From positions 22,640-86,639 of IMG/VR virus record IMGVR_UViG_3300042261_001452: a stretch of 64,000 bases of DNA; one strand, 5' to 3'. The position numbers and the translations under genes are program-made. The DNA is from a virus. Every line of letters begins with the position of its first letter. The first letter of the stretch is position 1. Below, one piece after another: positions 39,833-49,882 of this stretch. Below the pieces are notes generated by a model. That model was not told where the DNA came from and ran no database searches. It saw only the letters and a list, made by a program, of their open reading frames with translations.

Positions 39833-41181
39833 TTTTTTTTTATATCTGCAATAACAATTGGGAAGTCATAATCTGATTTAGCAGTATGAACTTCTGGCAT
39901 ATCTTTAGACTTCAAAGGGTTCTTTTCAATTGTCTCTGGCAATTCAGAAAATTCTATATTTTCTGGAATTTCAGTCTCATCAACTTCTTCTGGAGAAACT
40001 TCTGTTATTGGAATATCTTCTTCTTCGTCTGCTGTTTCATTTCCAGCATACATGAATTTAATGACCTTATTTACTTTGTCTAAAGAGAAGGCACTAGCTG
40101 GAATTTCAACTCCCTTTTCATCAGCAATATAATTTGCAGCATCTGCTAAAAGTTGATCAATATAATCTTCATCGTTTAAATTTGTTGCAATAGAAGGATT
40201 TAACTTAACAGTACCAAACTGATGAACTGTCCCATCTATATCTTTCGTATTTAATGTGATATTAGTAAAAGGATTTTGAATTTCATTTCCTTCTGCTTTA
40301 TCTTCTGTAAATCCTAGCATTCTAAAATTGATATCAGAATGATTAAGATTATTTCTTGATTTAGAAATTGAAAAATCTTCTTCTGAAATTTGTCCAGTCA
40401 AGAAAGGATATATTTCTAGTACCTTTTCCATTGCAGATTGTTTAACTTCTGAAACATTGGCAAAATCATCATTATCATATGACATTTTTACGAATATTGT
40501 GGGAGTTCCATCTGGAGTTATAGATTTAACATTTTTAATCATAGAAATCTTTGAAGGATCTACTCCAAAAGTAGTAGGCATAGCGGCATCTAATCCTTCT
40601 CCTCTTTCATTCTCTTCATCTTCATAAATATCAACAAATGGATCTTCTGGGAGATCAAGCACATCTTCGCCTTCATCATCTTCTTTTTGCAAAGCATTAA
40701 ATCTTTTACCCATTGTGCCATCATCAAAATTTAATCCTCCATACTGAGCTGTCTTAATAGTATTTTTTGAAGAAGCTGCTTTCAAACTCTCCCACCATCT
40801 CATTTTCTTGCTAATTTCAGATGCTGGCTTATATTTTTCATCTTCTACCTTATTGCCAGCTAATCTCTTTTCCTCTAGCTTATTAATATTCCCTTGATAG
40901 ACTTTAGGATTACGGAATTTAGATCCAAACTCCGACGCTGTTGTTTCCAATTGTCTTTCTATAAGAGAATCAGCGGAACCCTTTCTAACAGAATCTAGTA
41001 ATTTTTCAATAGTAACATCTTTTTCTTCTACTCTATCCCTTTCTAATTGTTTTTGAGTAATTGTTTCAGGAGCATCTTGTCTCATTTTGTTTTCCTTAAA
41101 ACGCATATTAATATGAGTATCACCTAAATTTTTCTGTTCTTTTTTTGCCTTCTCAGCCTTAATTTTGATAAAATTAGCCAT
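39829..41181 (-). CDS. Hypothetical acidic probable head protein
   Basis: TQKQL-type repeats like the scaffold; LKAAS, IKTAQ; ends in slippery IKKK*. Confidence 0.75.
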   Translation of the reverse strand: MANFIKIKAEKAKKEQKNLGDTHINMRFKENKMRQDAPETITQKQLERDRVEEKDVTIEKLLDSVRKGSADSLIERQLETTASEFGSKFRNPKVYQGNINKLEEKRLAGNKVEDEKYKPASEISKKMRWWESLKAASSKNTIKTAQYGGLNFDDGTMGKRFNALQKEDDEGEDVLDLPEDPFVDIYEDEENERGEGLDAAMPTTFGVDPSKISMIKNVKSITPDGTPTIFVKMSYDNDDFANVSEVKQSAMEKVLEIYPFLTGQISEEDFSISKSRNNLNHSDINFRMLGFTEDKAEGNEIQNPFTNITLNTKDIDGTVHQFGTVKLNPSIATNLNDEDYIDQLLADAANYIADEKGVEIPASAFSLDKVNKVIKFMYAGNETADEEEDIPITEVSPEEVDETEIPENIEFSELPETIEKNPLKSKDMPEVHTAKSDYDFPIVIADIKKK

Positions 41182-41251
41182 GTTTTACTCCGCTTGTTAT
41201 ATATTTCTGTTATATTTCTTATTAATTATGTGAAATTCCTTCCTATCTGCT

Positions 41252-43135
41252 TTATCTCCATCCTACCCACATTGTTGTTGGTTCTGGTAATCCCATTTCA
41301 ATACTCTCAGATGCCATAGCAACTGCTCCAGCCAATGAGTCTGCCAAGTCATCAGTCTTTACGTCTGCATTTTTATCTGGAATTAATCCAAAGGTTCTAG
41401 ATTTAGTCTTCATTTTAAGATTCTTCAACTCAGCTATAAGAATACTAGAATCTCCCCCATCATCATATATATATACTTCAGGATTAGGTTGATAAGCCAT
41501 CATTTCTCTTAAAGTAAAATAAAACTTAGATTTATTAGCATTATTAAATGGCAATTCTCTAGTATTAATACCATGACTTCTTAATAGTTGTAAGCTATTG
41601 ATAGAATTATAAGCATCATATGTAACATACATTGGATGGAATATTGAACAAATCCTAATAATGTCTTGGTCAATTAAGTTAAACATTAAACCCTGTCCCG
41701 GAACTGGTCTCCATATCCATACCCCTGCTAAATAACATCTGTTTCTTCTTTTTCCTAAATGATTGCTATATCTCTCTTTAGCTACTAATACCGCTGCATA
41801 TTGATTTTTCTTTTTTGCAGGGTCAACATGTAGAAAATAACTCATTTCTGGCCTTGGTCTATTATGTGGCCCTAAATCATACCTTATACATCTAGTAACT
41901 AGTTGATCATCAAAGAATTTACTCAAAGTTCCAGATTCTGCCCATTGAGCACCATATTCTACTTTAAACATCTCTAAATTGCTCTCTCTTTCTCTTTGCA
42001 TTTCTGAGTTTTCATATGGTACGTCTGGATTAACATCCCATGAAGGTAACTGGAAAGAAAGAATGCTATCATCCTTTTTAGCCAAATTCCAAGTGTCATA
42101 AAATATTCCACTTCTAACATTTGGAGAAGAAATTTGAACAATTCTAGCCGCTCCATATTTATAAAACTTTGCAAGAGAAGGTTTTAAACGTTTATAGAAA
42201 TAAGTTCCAGTTACTTTACCAGACTCATCATAGAATGCAATTTCGTCAAATAATATAAGAATTGCGCTATAGCCAGCAAGAGAGTCAGGATTACTATGTC
42301 CGCATAACAATACAATAGAACCATAAACTTCTAATTGAGCACCATCATTCTTCTTTTCAATATCTTGATTTGTAAGAAGTCTGACCTCTGAGGCATTACC
42401 TCTTCCAATTCTATTCTTAAAGAAGGGAGAATTTCTTATTCTTGATTGTATTTGCGCGAACAATCTTCCTGCCTGTTTTTCAGACAAGGCAACATTAATA
42501 ATTGCTATTTCATCATCAGCAGGTAGTCTATAATAACCATGTGGATTACCATGATTAACTTCTAGTAATTTATAAGCTTCATAGGCAGTAATAATAGAAG
42601 CCATAAACGTCTTGGTTGCTCTTCGCCCTAATACTAAGTGTAGTTCTTTAAAATATGGAGCCTTAGGATCTTGTATTCTTTGATGCATTTTTCGAATTAC
42701 ATCTTTTATATTTTTCTCGTATTCAACATCATCTCTCATTTCATTTTCTTGCTGCGAATATAACCATTCCCATTCTTCTTGCGAGAGAGTAATATTTTCA
42801 TTTCCCATTGTTCCCATATAAAAACATTTAAGAATTACTCTTTGACCTAAAAAAAGAGATGGCGCAGCATCAGGAACTGCAAGTATATCTTCGTCATCAC
42901 CTCCAATTATTTGAGCAGTTACCTCTGATTCTGCTGCTTGACGTTCTGGCTGGACTTCCTCACCTTTTCCAGAAAATCCTAAAAACTCAGGATCTTCACA
43001 GAATGTAATAATATCAACAATCTCCTTATTTCTTTTTTTCTCTACTTTTTCTACAACTACTCCACTAGCAATTGTCTTTAATTCCTGAATTGCCCCCATT
43101 AATGGATTTACCAACTCTTCTTTTTTAGCTGCCAT
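41252..43135 (-). CDS. terL: Terminase large subunit
   Basis: LGRRATKT Walker A, ILFDEIAF Walker B, ISSP motif III, nuclease HVDPA/YD/DDLAD; GAGGAG RBS before ATG 43135. Confidence 0.88.
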   Translation of the reverse strand: MAAKKEELVNPLMGAIQELKTIASGVVVEKVEKKRNKEIVDIITFCEDPEFLGFSGKGEEVQPERQAAESEVTAQIIGGDDEDILAVPDAAPSLFLGQRVILKCFYMGTMGNENITLSQEEWEWLYSQQENEMRDDVEYEKNIKDVIRKMHQRIQDPKAPYFKELHLVLGRRATKTFMASIITAYEAYKLLEVNHGNPHGYYRLPADDEIAIINVALSEKQAGRLFAQIQSRIRNSPFFKNRIGRGNASEVRLLTNQDIEKKNDGAQLEVYGSIVLLCGHSNPDSLAGYSAILILFDEIAFYDESGKVTGTYFYKRLKPSLAKFYKYGAARIVQISSPNVRSGIFYDTWNLAKKDDSILSFQLPSWDVNPDVPYENSEMQRERESNLEMFKVEYGAQWAESGTLSKFFDDQLVTRCIRYDLGPHNRPRPEMSYFLHVDPAKKKNQYAAVLVAKERYSNHLGKRRNRCYLAGVWIWRPVPGQGLMFNLIDQDIIRICSIFHPMYVTYDAYNSINSLQLLRSHGINTRELPFNNANKSKFYFTLREMMAYQPNPEVYIYDDGGDSSILIAELKNLKMKTKSRTFGLIPDKNADVKTDDLADSLAGAVAMASESIEMGLPEPTTMWVGWR

Positions 43136-43136
43136 G

Positions 43137-43934
43137 TTACTCCTCAATTAATGATATTATTTTATTATCTGTACTTAAAGATATATTTCGGAGTTTTGGG
43201 TTTTGATAGTTTATAACTATATTAGTTGTACTCATTGATAATAAATATACTGTACTTTCATTATTATAGTATAAAATATTATTTATAATAAAAAGTTTTT
43301 CCATTTTTATATTTCTTTTTTTAGGATCTCCCACTATAATTCTATGAGATGGATTATGATGAACACTTCTAAATCCCCTTAAACATCCATTTCCATAGTC
43401 TGAAAAAATAAGCTCATTCTTATAGAAAGAAATGCCTTTTGGAATAGATAAGCTAGATTTCAAAATATCATCAGATAAAGAATAGTTTCTATCTCCTTTT
43501 CCTATTGTATAGCATACCTTTAAATCTTTAATTATAAAACATCTATTAAGATTTTCTACACTTATATATATATTATTATTATCTACATGTAACTTGGCCT
43601 TAGGGTTTTTAATATTATTAAATAGGTTGCGAAAATCTGCTCTCTCAGATTTACTTAAATAATATTTATTAATAAATGGACTAAAAACTTCGCCATCTGC
43701 TAATAAATAGATAGTATTATTAAAAGAACAAACTCCTTGTATTTGATTCTCTGCTATTTTTATTTCTTTTATAATACGCCCATCTAGACCAACAAGATAT
43801 GCCTTTTGTTGCTCTACTATAAAAAATCCATTATCAACACAACAAAAATCTTCTATCGGGGAAGAAGTATTTAATTGAAGGATTAACTCTGGATCTTTAA
43901 TGCCCGGTTTTTTATGAACAAAGTTATATTTCAT
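43137..43934 (-). CDS. Beta-propeller (NHL-like) protein
   Basis: LSIPKGIS...LIFSDYGNGCLR repeat-like motif. Confidence 0.5.
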   Translation of the reverse strand: MKYNFVHKKPGIKDPELILQLNTSSPIEDFCCVDNGFFIVEQQKAYLVGLDGRIIKEIKIAENQIQGVCSFNNTIYLLADGEVFSPFINKYYLSKSERADFRNLFNNIKNPKAKLHVDNNNIYISVENLNRCFIIKDLKVCYTIGKGDRNYSLSDDILKSSLSIPKGISFYKNELIFSDYGNGCLRGFRSVHHNPSHRIIVGDPKKRNIKMEKLFIINNILYYNNESTVYLLSMSTTNIVINYQNPKLRNISLSTDNKIISLIEE

Positions 43935-45114
43935 CTAGTTTTTTAATTTGAGATGTAGTAAGTCTAACAATCTTACGACCAAAATTTACATCTAGTTCTA
44001 TATGTGTATCACAAGGAATAATCTGAACAACCTCGCCAATTCTATTATAAACACTTTCCAAGTCAGAATCAATGCATTTTACTTTTGTAGGACTATTTTT
44101 AATAAAATCTTCTATTGTATATTCTGTCTTTACCTCTTCTCTACTTCCATCATCTTCTTTAAAAACCCACATTAAAGGATTCCCACTAAACTGTAGTAGG
44201 AAAGGCTTTTTCTTCTTGCTTGCCATATCTAATCCTACTAGTTTAAATACCTGCTTATCTTTAGTTATATTTGGCAAAGAAATATCATTGGTAGAAAATA
44301 ATATATTCATGTCCTCTAAGAAATAATGCCCTAACCCCTCAACTACTGGTTTCCAAAATTTCTGATAAAATGGTAGTTTATTATAAGGATATATCTTAGA
44401 GTATTTCCCCATTGCTGTTATTCCATTTAAAAACATTTTTTTATTGAAAGAAGCCACTAAAAACTGCTCGCCATCCTCAGAATATAGAATCACTTCATTC
44501 CTATCTGGATTAATTTTGGCAATAAACTCTATCCCACAATTCTCAAGAGATTTACATATTAAATTGGCATATTCTTGCAATACCTCTCCTTTAACATTTG
44601 TATCCTCTGAAATATCATGAACATTAGCAGTCTTTAATATCGACCTATTTTTAAAAGATGCAACCTGAGATAATGGTTCTTCTTGTGTGGGTTCCTCTTG
44701 CCCTTCTAAATCTCCCATTGGTGGAAGATCTGGAACATCTGAAATCTCAGGGGATTCTGGAAGATCTTCTGGCTCTGATTCTTGTTTCTTTAATTCTTCA
44801 AGATCCCTCATTAAAAAATCTTTAAATTTATCATTAGCTAACTCTCTAAAATTCTTAAGTGTTTCTTCTAGCTTGTCTTTATCTTTAAAATCTTCTGACT
44901 TTTTAACCCTTAATAATCCATCTACTGTAGAAACAAGCTCCAGATAGACAGATTCTCTCTCTTCGTCATCTTTAAATCCATTTGTTCTTTTCTTTATTAA
45001 GTCAAAAATATTATCGAAATGATTAGTCAACCTTTCTTCTGCGGAAATATCAGAAATAATAGTTCCATCCTCTGGATCATTACTTTCAGCTATCTTATAC
45101 CAATTATTTAACAT
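43924..45114 (-). CDS. Hypothetical protein, MLNNWYKIAE leader, possible C-terminal SH3-like domain
   Basis: ORF track; VKC....VYNRIGEVVQI. Confidence 0.7.
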   Translation of the reverse strand: MLNNWYKIAESNDPEDGTIISDISAEERLTNHFDNIFDLIKKRTNGFKDDEERESVYLELVSTVDGLLRVKKSEDFKDKDKLEETLKNFRELANDKFKDFLMRDLEELKKQESEPEDLPESPEISDVPDLPPMGDLEGQEEPTQEEPLSQVASFKNRSILKTANVHDISEDTNVKGEVLQEYANLICKSLENCGIEFIAKINPDRNEVILYSEDGEQFLVASFNKKMFLNGITAMGKYSKIYPYNKLPFYQKFWKPVVEGLGHYFLEDMNILFSTNDISLPNITKDKQVFKLVGLDMASKKKKPFLLQFSGNPLMWVFKEDDGSREEVKTEYTIEDFIKNSPTKVKCIDSDLESVYNRIGEVVQIIPCDTHIELDVNFGRKIVRLTTSQIKKLDEI

Positions 45115-45301
45115 TTTTAGACTCCTTTAGAGCTTCTAAGGCTATTTTCTTTGTAGATACCATTTTAGCATCTTTATAAGCTTCCCAAAGATGAGTATAT
45201 GTAGACTTAGTACCGGGAAATAAGTAGAAATCTTTAACAGATTCAAAAGAACCTATAGTAAAAGCATATCTTCCATTAACATTATATAAGGCAAGTTTCA
45301 T
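45104..45301 (-). CDS. Hypothetical protein
   Basis: 65 aa; late promoter at 45339-45363. Confidence 0.6.
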   Translation of the reverse strand: MKLALYNVNGRYAFTIGSFESVKDFYLFPGTKSTYTHLWEAYKDAKMVSTKKIALEALKESKNVK

Positions 45302-45379
45302 TTGTATAAAAAGTAATACGGTATTATTCTATAAATTATTCTATAAAATAATACCGTATTCCTTGAGTATATTTATTAT

Positions 45380-48007
45380 TTAGCTACAGAATGAAGTTCC
45401 ACAAATAGAACAAGAAACACATCCATCTGCATAAATTAGATCAGTTGATCCACATTTTACACATGTTTTACCACCTGCCTTGCTTCCTTCTCTAATATAT
45501 TTCTTCAAAACTCTTGCAATGGCAGCAGGCAATGAGAAAATATCATCATTAGCCTTACTATACTGCTCTACAATTGTTTCAATAGGAATACCATAACGAA
45601 GCATTAATGATAAGCTTCTAAATAGGTTCTTCTCAATAGGAGTGAATTGCTGTGAAAAATCATCAACTAATACATCGCCTATTTCAAGAGAATATTTACC
45701 TCTAGAAACTCTGGTAATCTTACCTTCTAGATGCTTGGAATCAATCTTAATCTTTAGACTATCCATTTTTCCACCAAAAATTTCATATGGATATCCATTC
45801 TGAATGCCTACGGCAACAATATATTTTTCCTTATTGACTGTTACGCTATATACATCAGCCTTTAATGATAATTCTCTTTTAGGGGCGGCATTATTATGAA
45901 CAATGACATTCTCTCTTGAAAGAGATAACTCCTTTAATTCTGCATCATTAAAGTTTTGAGGATGTATCGCTACTCTTTCATTTTGTAATTTAACTGCTAA
46001 TTCTTTAAATGAAATAGTTGAAACAATTCCATACATCTTACGATCTGGAAAGGCAGAAATACTCTTAACTTCCTTTTCATGAGATAGCATTATAAAATCA
46101 TATACATCTTCTACAGTAGAATTTTCTGGAAGCATATATGTTGTAGAAATAGATGAATCTACCCATTTATTAATTTTAGCCATTAATTCTAACTTATCAA
46201 TATACTTTATTTCAGTAGAACTCTTAAACTCAATTCCTACTTTCGACTTATTCTTTTCAATAAAGTCTACTATTGGTTTACCCTTGCTACCCTGCCAATC
46301 ATCTTGAATTGTATCACTATTCATTGGGATTTCAAGACCGGCCTTTTTAAAAGCATTTCTTACGGCAGAAGGAACATTGAAATAATATAGATATTCATTT
46401 CCTGTCTTCATTCTTGTCCTTTTCCAGAAATAAATCCCGAAAGCAGGTTCTACGCCATACCCTAATACAGATTCAGGGAACATAAGGCTAACAGTTCCAC
46501 TAGGAGGAATTGTAATTAGAGTAACATTTCTTAATGCTGTAAACTCTAACCCTAGCTTCTTCATTCTCTTTATAAATGGAGCCTTTTCTAACTTCTCTCT
46601 ATTAAATAACTTAAATGATCCTCTTTCTTCTCCAAGCTTAATAGAAGACTTATAAAGATGATAAGCATATCTTTCCATAAATTTTTCCATTACTTCGGCA
46701 GACTTATCAGAACCATATGATACATTCTTATTAAATAACCATCCAGCAATATTAGTCACGCCTGCTCCTGTTCTACGAAGATATTCAATAGCAAGTCTTT
46801 GGTGAGGAGTAGCACATGTGGAATATGCCAATTCACATTCATTTACATTGTCTAAGAATCTATTAATTGAAGGTGCTATTATTGCTAGTTCTTTTTCTAA
46901 TTGTTCAAAATCAGTTGAGAATCTTCCGCAGTCCAATGAGGAAAGAACACAAAGGGATTCTCTTGATAAATACTGCTCACTACATGCATTTGTAGAGATA
47001 ATATTTGCGCTAATTGGAGCATCAGGATCATGAACATAGTCGGAATTAGACATCTTTCTGGCAGTATCAATATTTTGAATTCCGGGTTCTGCAAAATCAT
47101 GCATATGCTTTGCAATTAACATCATTAACTTCTTGGCCTTAACAGTCTTCTTAATTACTTCTCCTTTTCTATCACGAATAGCAATATAATAGTAGCCCTT
47201 ATCATCTTTCTTATAATCCATTGTTGTAGAGTGAACATCTACATAAATCTTTTGACCCTTTTTAACCTCTGGAACCTCAAAGGAAAGCTCCCAATCTTCA
47301 TCAGCTTTAACAGCCTCATAAAAATCGTCAGTACAATGAACTGATAGGTTTGCACTCTGAACTTTTGTCGTATCAGACTTTACCTTAATAAATTCTTCAA
47401 TATCAGGATGCTTGCAATTCAAAGAAAATAGTAAAGCAGGGCGTCTACCACACTGACCAACATACTCAGTAATATTATCAATAAATTTCATCCAGTGAAC
47501 TGATCCAGTAGATTTCTTCGCGGAATTAAAAACAGTTGTTCCAGATGGTCTTATCTTAGAAAAGTCTACTCCAATTCCTTGTCTATAAGCAGCAGACTTT
47601 GCAACTGTATAAGCACAATTTTTAAAAATAGCCTCTAAAGAATCCCATTCCTCATTCTCAGTTCCACCACCTAGAGACACAGTAGTACAATTACTAAGCG
47701 AAACATTTCTACCACTACCTGCTCCTTGCATAATGCTTCCAGCAGGGTGCCACCAACCATGATAAATCTCATGGAACCATCTCTTACTCCAATACTCTTT
47801 TAATTCTTTTGTTTTTTCCACAGAAGCAATATAATCACAAACTCTTTTAACAGCTTCTACATAGGTTTCATTTGACTTATCTATTAAAGCATATTTAGAT
47901 TCAAATGCATCAATACTAAATTGATTTCCTTTAAAATGCTGACTGGTTGTTTCATTCTTTACATCTTCAAATACGGTAAACTTATCGGCACCAATAATGT
48001 TATTCAT
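45380..48007 (-). CDS. nrdJ: Class II (B12-dependent) ribonucleotide reductase with C-terminal TSCPD/Zn-ribbon domain
   Basis: PAGS, SLSNC, EPG, TNACSE, CVLSSL, TIPPSGTVS, GVEP, DSSISTT; C-terminal CVKC...CSIC. Confidence 0.9.
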   Translation of the reverse strand: MNNIIGADKFTVFEDVKNETTSQHFKGNQFSIDAFESKYALIDKSNETYVEAVKRVCDYIASVEKTKELKEYWSKRWFHEIYHGWWHPAGSIMQGAGSGRNVSLSNCTTVSLGGGTENEEWDSLEAIFKNCAYTVAKSAAYRQGIGVDFSKIRPSGTTVFNSAKKSTGSVHWMKFIDNITEYVGQCGRRPALLFSLNCKHPDIEEFIKVKSDTTKVQSANLSVHCTDDFYEAVKADEDWELSFEVPEVKKGQKIYVDVHSTTMDYKKDDKGYYYIAIRDRKGEVIKKTVKAKKLMMLIAKHMHDFAEPGIQNIDTARKMSNSDYVHDPDAPISANIISTNACSEQYLSRESLCVLSSLDCGRFSTDFEQLEKELAIIAPSINRFLDNVNECELAYSTCATPHQRLAIEYLRRTGAGVTNIAGWLFNKNVSYGSDKSAEVMEKFMERYAYHLYKSSIKLGEERGSFKLFNREKLEKAPFIKRMKKLGLEFTALRNVTLITIPPSGTVSLMFPESVLGYGVEPAFGIYFWKRTRMKTGNEYLYYFNVPSAVRNAFKKAGLEIPMNSDTIQDDWQGSKGKPIVDFIEKNKSKVGIEFKSSTEIKYIDKLELMAKINKWVDSSISTTYMLPENSTVEDVYDFIMLSHEKEVKSISAFPDRKMYGIVSTISFKELAVKLQNERVAIHPQNFNDAELKELSLSRENVIVHNNAAPKRELSLKADVYSVTVNKEKYIVAVGIQNGYPYEIFGGKMDSLKIKIDSKHLEGKITRVSRGKYSLEIGDVLVDDFSQQFTPIEKNLFRSLSLMLRYGIPIETIVEQYSKANDDIFSLPAAIARVLKKYIREGSKAGGKTCVKCGSTDLIYADGCVSCSICGTSFCS

Positions 48008-48028
48008 TTTTAATTCTCCTTTAAACGT

Positions 48029-49129
48029 TTATTTACAAATATCAAGTACAAACACTTCAGAAACATTGGCTAAAAATTTTATTAACTCTTTTTTAAAAGA
48101 TTCTATGTTTTTTATTTCTTTAAAACAATTAGCCTTAATTTTCTTCCCTTGTTTGATTAATCTCTCAATATCTGATTTTTTTTCAATGATTTTCAACTTC
48201 ATTATACAGTCATCAATCTCGTCTGCAACTGTAAATCTCCAAGAATCTTTTTTCACTATATCACTAGCTCTTGCCATTCTTGTGTCATAAATTCCAGCCC
48301 TCTTTCCCAAAGCCTTAATATAATAGCTATGAGTAGTAGAAAGTATCTGGCAATCAGGGAAACACTTCTTCATTGCAGTAACTAAAGCCAAGTGTCTTAG
48401 TCTATCTACATGCATTTCAATATTATCTACCAATATTATTTTAGGAACATAATCTAATGCCAATAAAGTAGAGAAAGATTTAATAATTTTCTTCTCCCCA
48501 TCGCTAGCTTGTCTTACACTAATTGTTTCATAAGGTTTCTTTATTTTAAAATCAAAGACATATGATTCTGAATTAATGGTAAATGGAGTTTTTACAATTT
48601 TTGTTTTAAATCCTGTCACTGCTTCAAAAAGCTCTTGAAACATTGGCCATTTATCTTTTTTAAGTTGAAATTTATTTAATTCTTGATCAAACCTTGCCCA
48701 ATAACAAATTCTATGTAGTAATGTTATATATTCCTTAGGATGATTTTTAATAAATCCAGTTTTATTCATTTCTACTTCGTAATCTCCATTAGAAGTAGAA
48801 ATAGTAGCTTTTATATTAAAATCATCTATCTTCTTATCCTCAATATTTCTAATGCCTCTACTTAAATTATTAACAATTCTGTCTTTTTCATAATTGTCTA
48901 AGCTATTAAAAAGCATAACTATGGCATTCAAAATAGTACTTTTTCCATTTCCATTTGGACCTATAAAACAAATAAAGTCTTTAATGTCTTTCCCATTTGC
49001 AAAATCTAAAGAATAATTATCAAAAACTTTAAAGTTCTTAAAAGAAATATTTTTAATCTTAATTGCCTTCGGAATACTTGATAATTTATCTTCAATATCT
49101 TGGTTCTTTTTAATCACTTGTTCTTCCAT
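48029..49129 (-). CDS. ABC-type (AAA_15/OLD/SMC-like) ATPase
   Basis: NFKVF, GPNGNGKST, SDGE signature, ILVDNIE, TTHS; GGAGGAG RBS before ATG 49129. Confidence 0.8.
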   Translation of the reverse strand: MEEQVIKKNQDIEDKLSSIPKAIKIKNISFKNFKVFDNYSLDFANGKDIKDFICFIGPNGNGKSTILNAIVMLFNSLDNYEKDRIVNNLSRGIRNIEDKKIDDFNIKATISTSNGDYEVEMNKTGFIKNHPKEYITLLHRICYWARFDQELNKFQLKKDKWPMFQELFEAVTGFKTKIVKTPFTINSESYVFDFKIKKPYETISVRQASDGEKKIIKSFSTLLALDYVPKIILVDNIEMHVDRLRHLALVTAMKKCFPDCQILSTTHSYYIKALGKRAGIYDTRMARASDIVKKDSWRFTVADEIDDCIMKLKIIEKKSDIERLIKQGKKIKANCFKEIKNIESFKKELIKFLANVSEVFVLDICK

Positions 49130-49289
49130 ATTCTCCTCCAACAATTTTCTTTACAGACTCTATGTCTACTGTTTTCCTTCTATTTTCGTATCTTGTTTCA
49201 GGTGGATCTTTCTTCGAGTTTTCTAAATTGATATCTGCGCCGGGAGGTATATATACCGTATAGTCTTTTATTTTTCCTTTATTGTTCAT
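49110..49289 (-). CDS. Small hypothetical protein
   Basis: Fills the gap between genes; start MNNKGK. Confidence 0.5.
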   Translation of the reverse strand: MNNKGKIKDYTVYIPPGADINLENSKKDPPETRYENRRKTVDIESVKKIVGGEYGRTSD

Positions 49290-49749
49290 TTTTTTGATCC
49301 TTAATAGCATGTTGTATTTTAAAATCTTCTGTTAATATATCTTGTATCAACGATATGTGGAAAGAAAATGTAACAACTCCACCTTCTATTTTCATTCCAA
49401 ATCTCTTATGAATGCTTTTACTAGCTGCCTCAGTATAATTCTTCTCAGTAGTTAATTTAGACATAAACAATTCTATATTTTCTCTAATTATAAGTTCTCC
49501 CATTAGATCAACTACATAATTAGTAATAAACTCCTTAGTATACTTATAATAATCTTCTATAGATATTAAGTCTCTTAGATTAACACAAAATTGCATATCT
49601 CCATTTTCATTGTAATCATGAGCCGCAATAATTTTAGGCTGTTTTGTCGCCAATATAGTCAAAAGAGCTCTAAAATTAGATCTCTTTTCATTTTTAATAT
49701 CTTCTTTTTTCAACATTTTTTTCTCCAGTTGCTTAATCTCATTATACAT
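49279..49749 (-). CDS. Hypothetical protein
   Basis: ORF track; start uncertain. Confidence 0.65.
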   Translation of the reverse strand: MYNEIKQLEKKMLKKEDIKNEKRSNFRALLTILATKQPKIIAAHDYNENGDMQFCVNLRDLISIEDYYKYTKEFITNYVVDLMGELIIRENIELFMSKLTTEKNYTEAASKSIHKRFGMKIEGGVVTFSFHISLIQDILTEDFKIQHAIKDQKNEQ

Positions 49750-49882
49750 CTATTTTTGATAAAAAAATGATAAATCGATTTCACTAATATTCAAATATTT
49801 TTTAAAATGTGCCTTATTTTAAAAAAAAGGATTTTCAAATCATTATTTAGAATAAAATAATATATCATTACAGGAGAATAAC

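Noticed and set aside
21250-49760. TGTATAAT element upstream of portal, the short AAA ATPase, 39585 and 49749 as a third promoter class
   Set aside because: Plausible -10 element, but too few copies and too AT-rich to separate from chance without a scan
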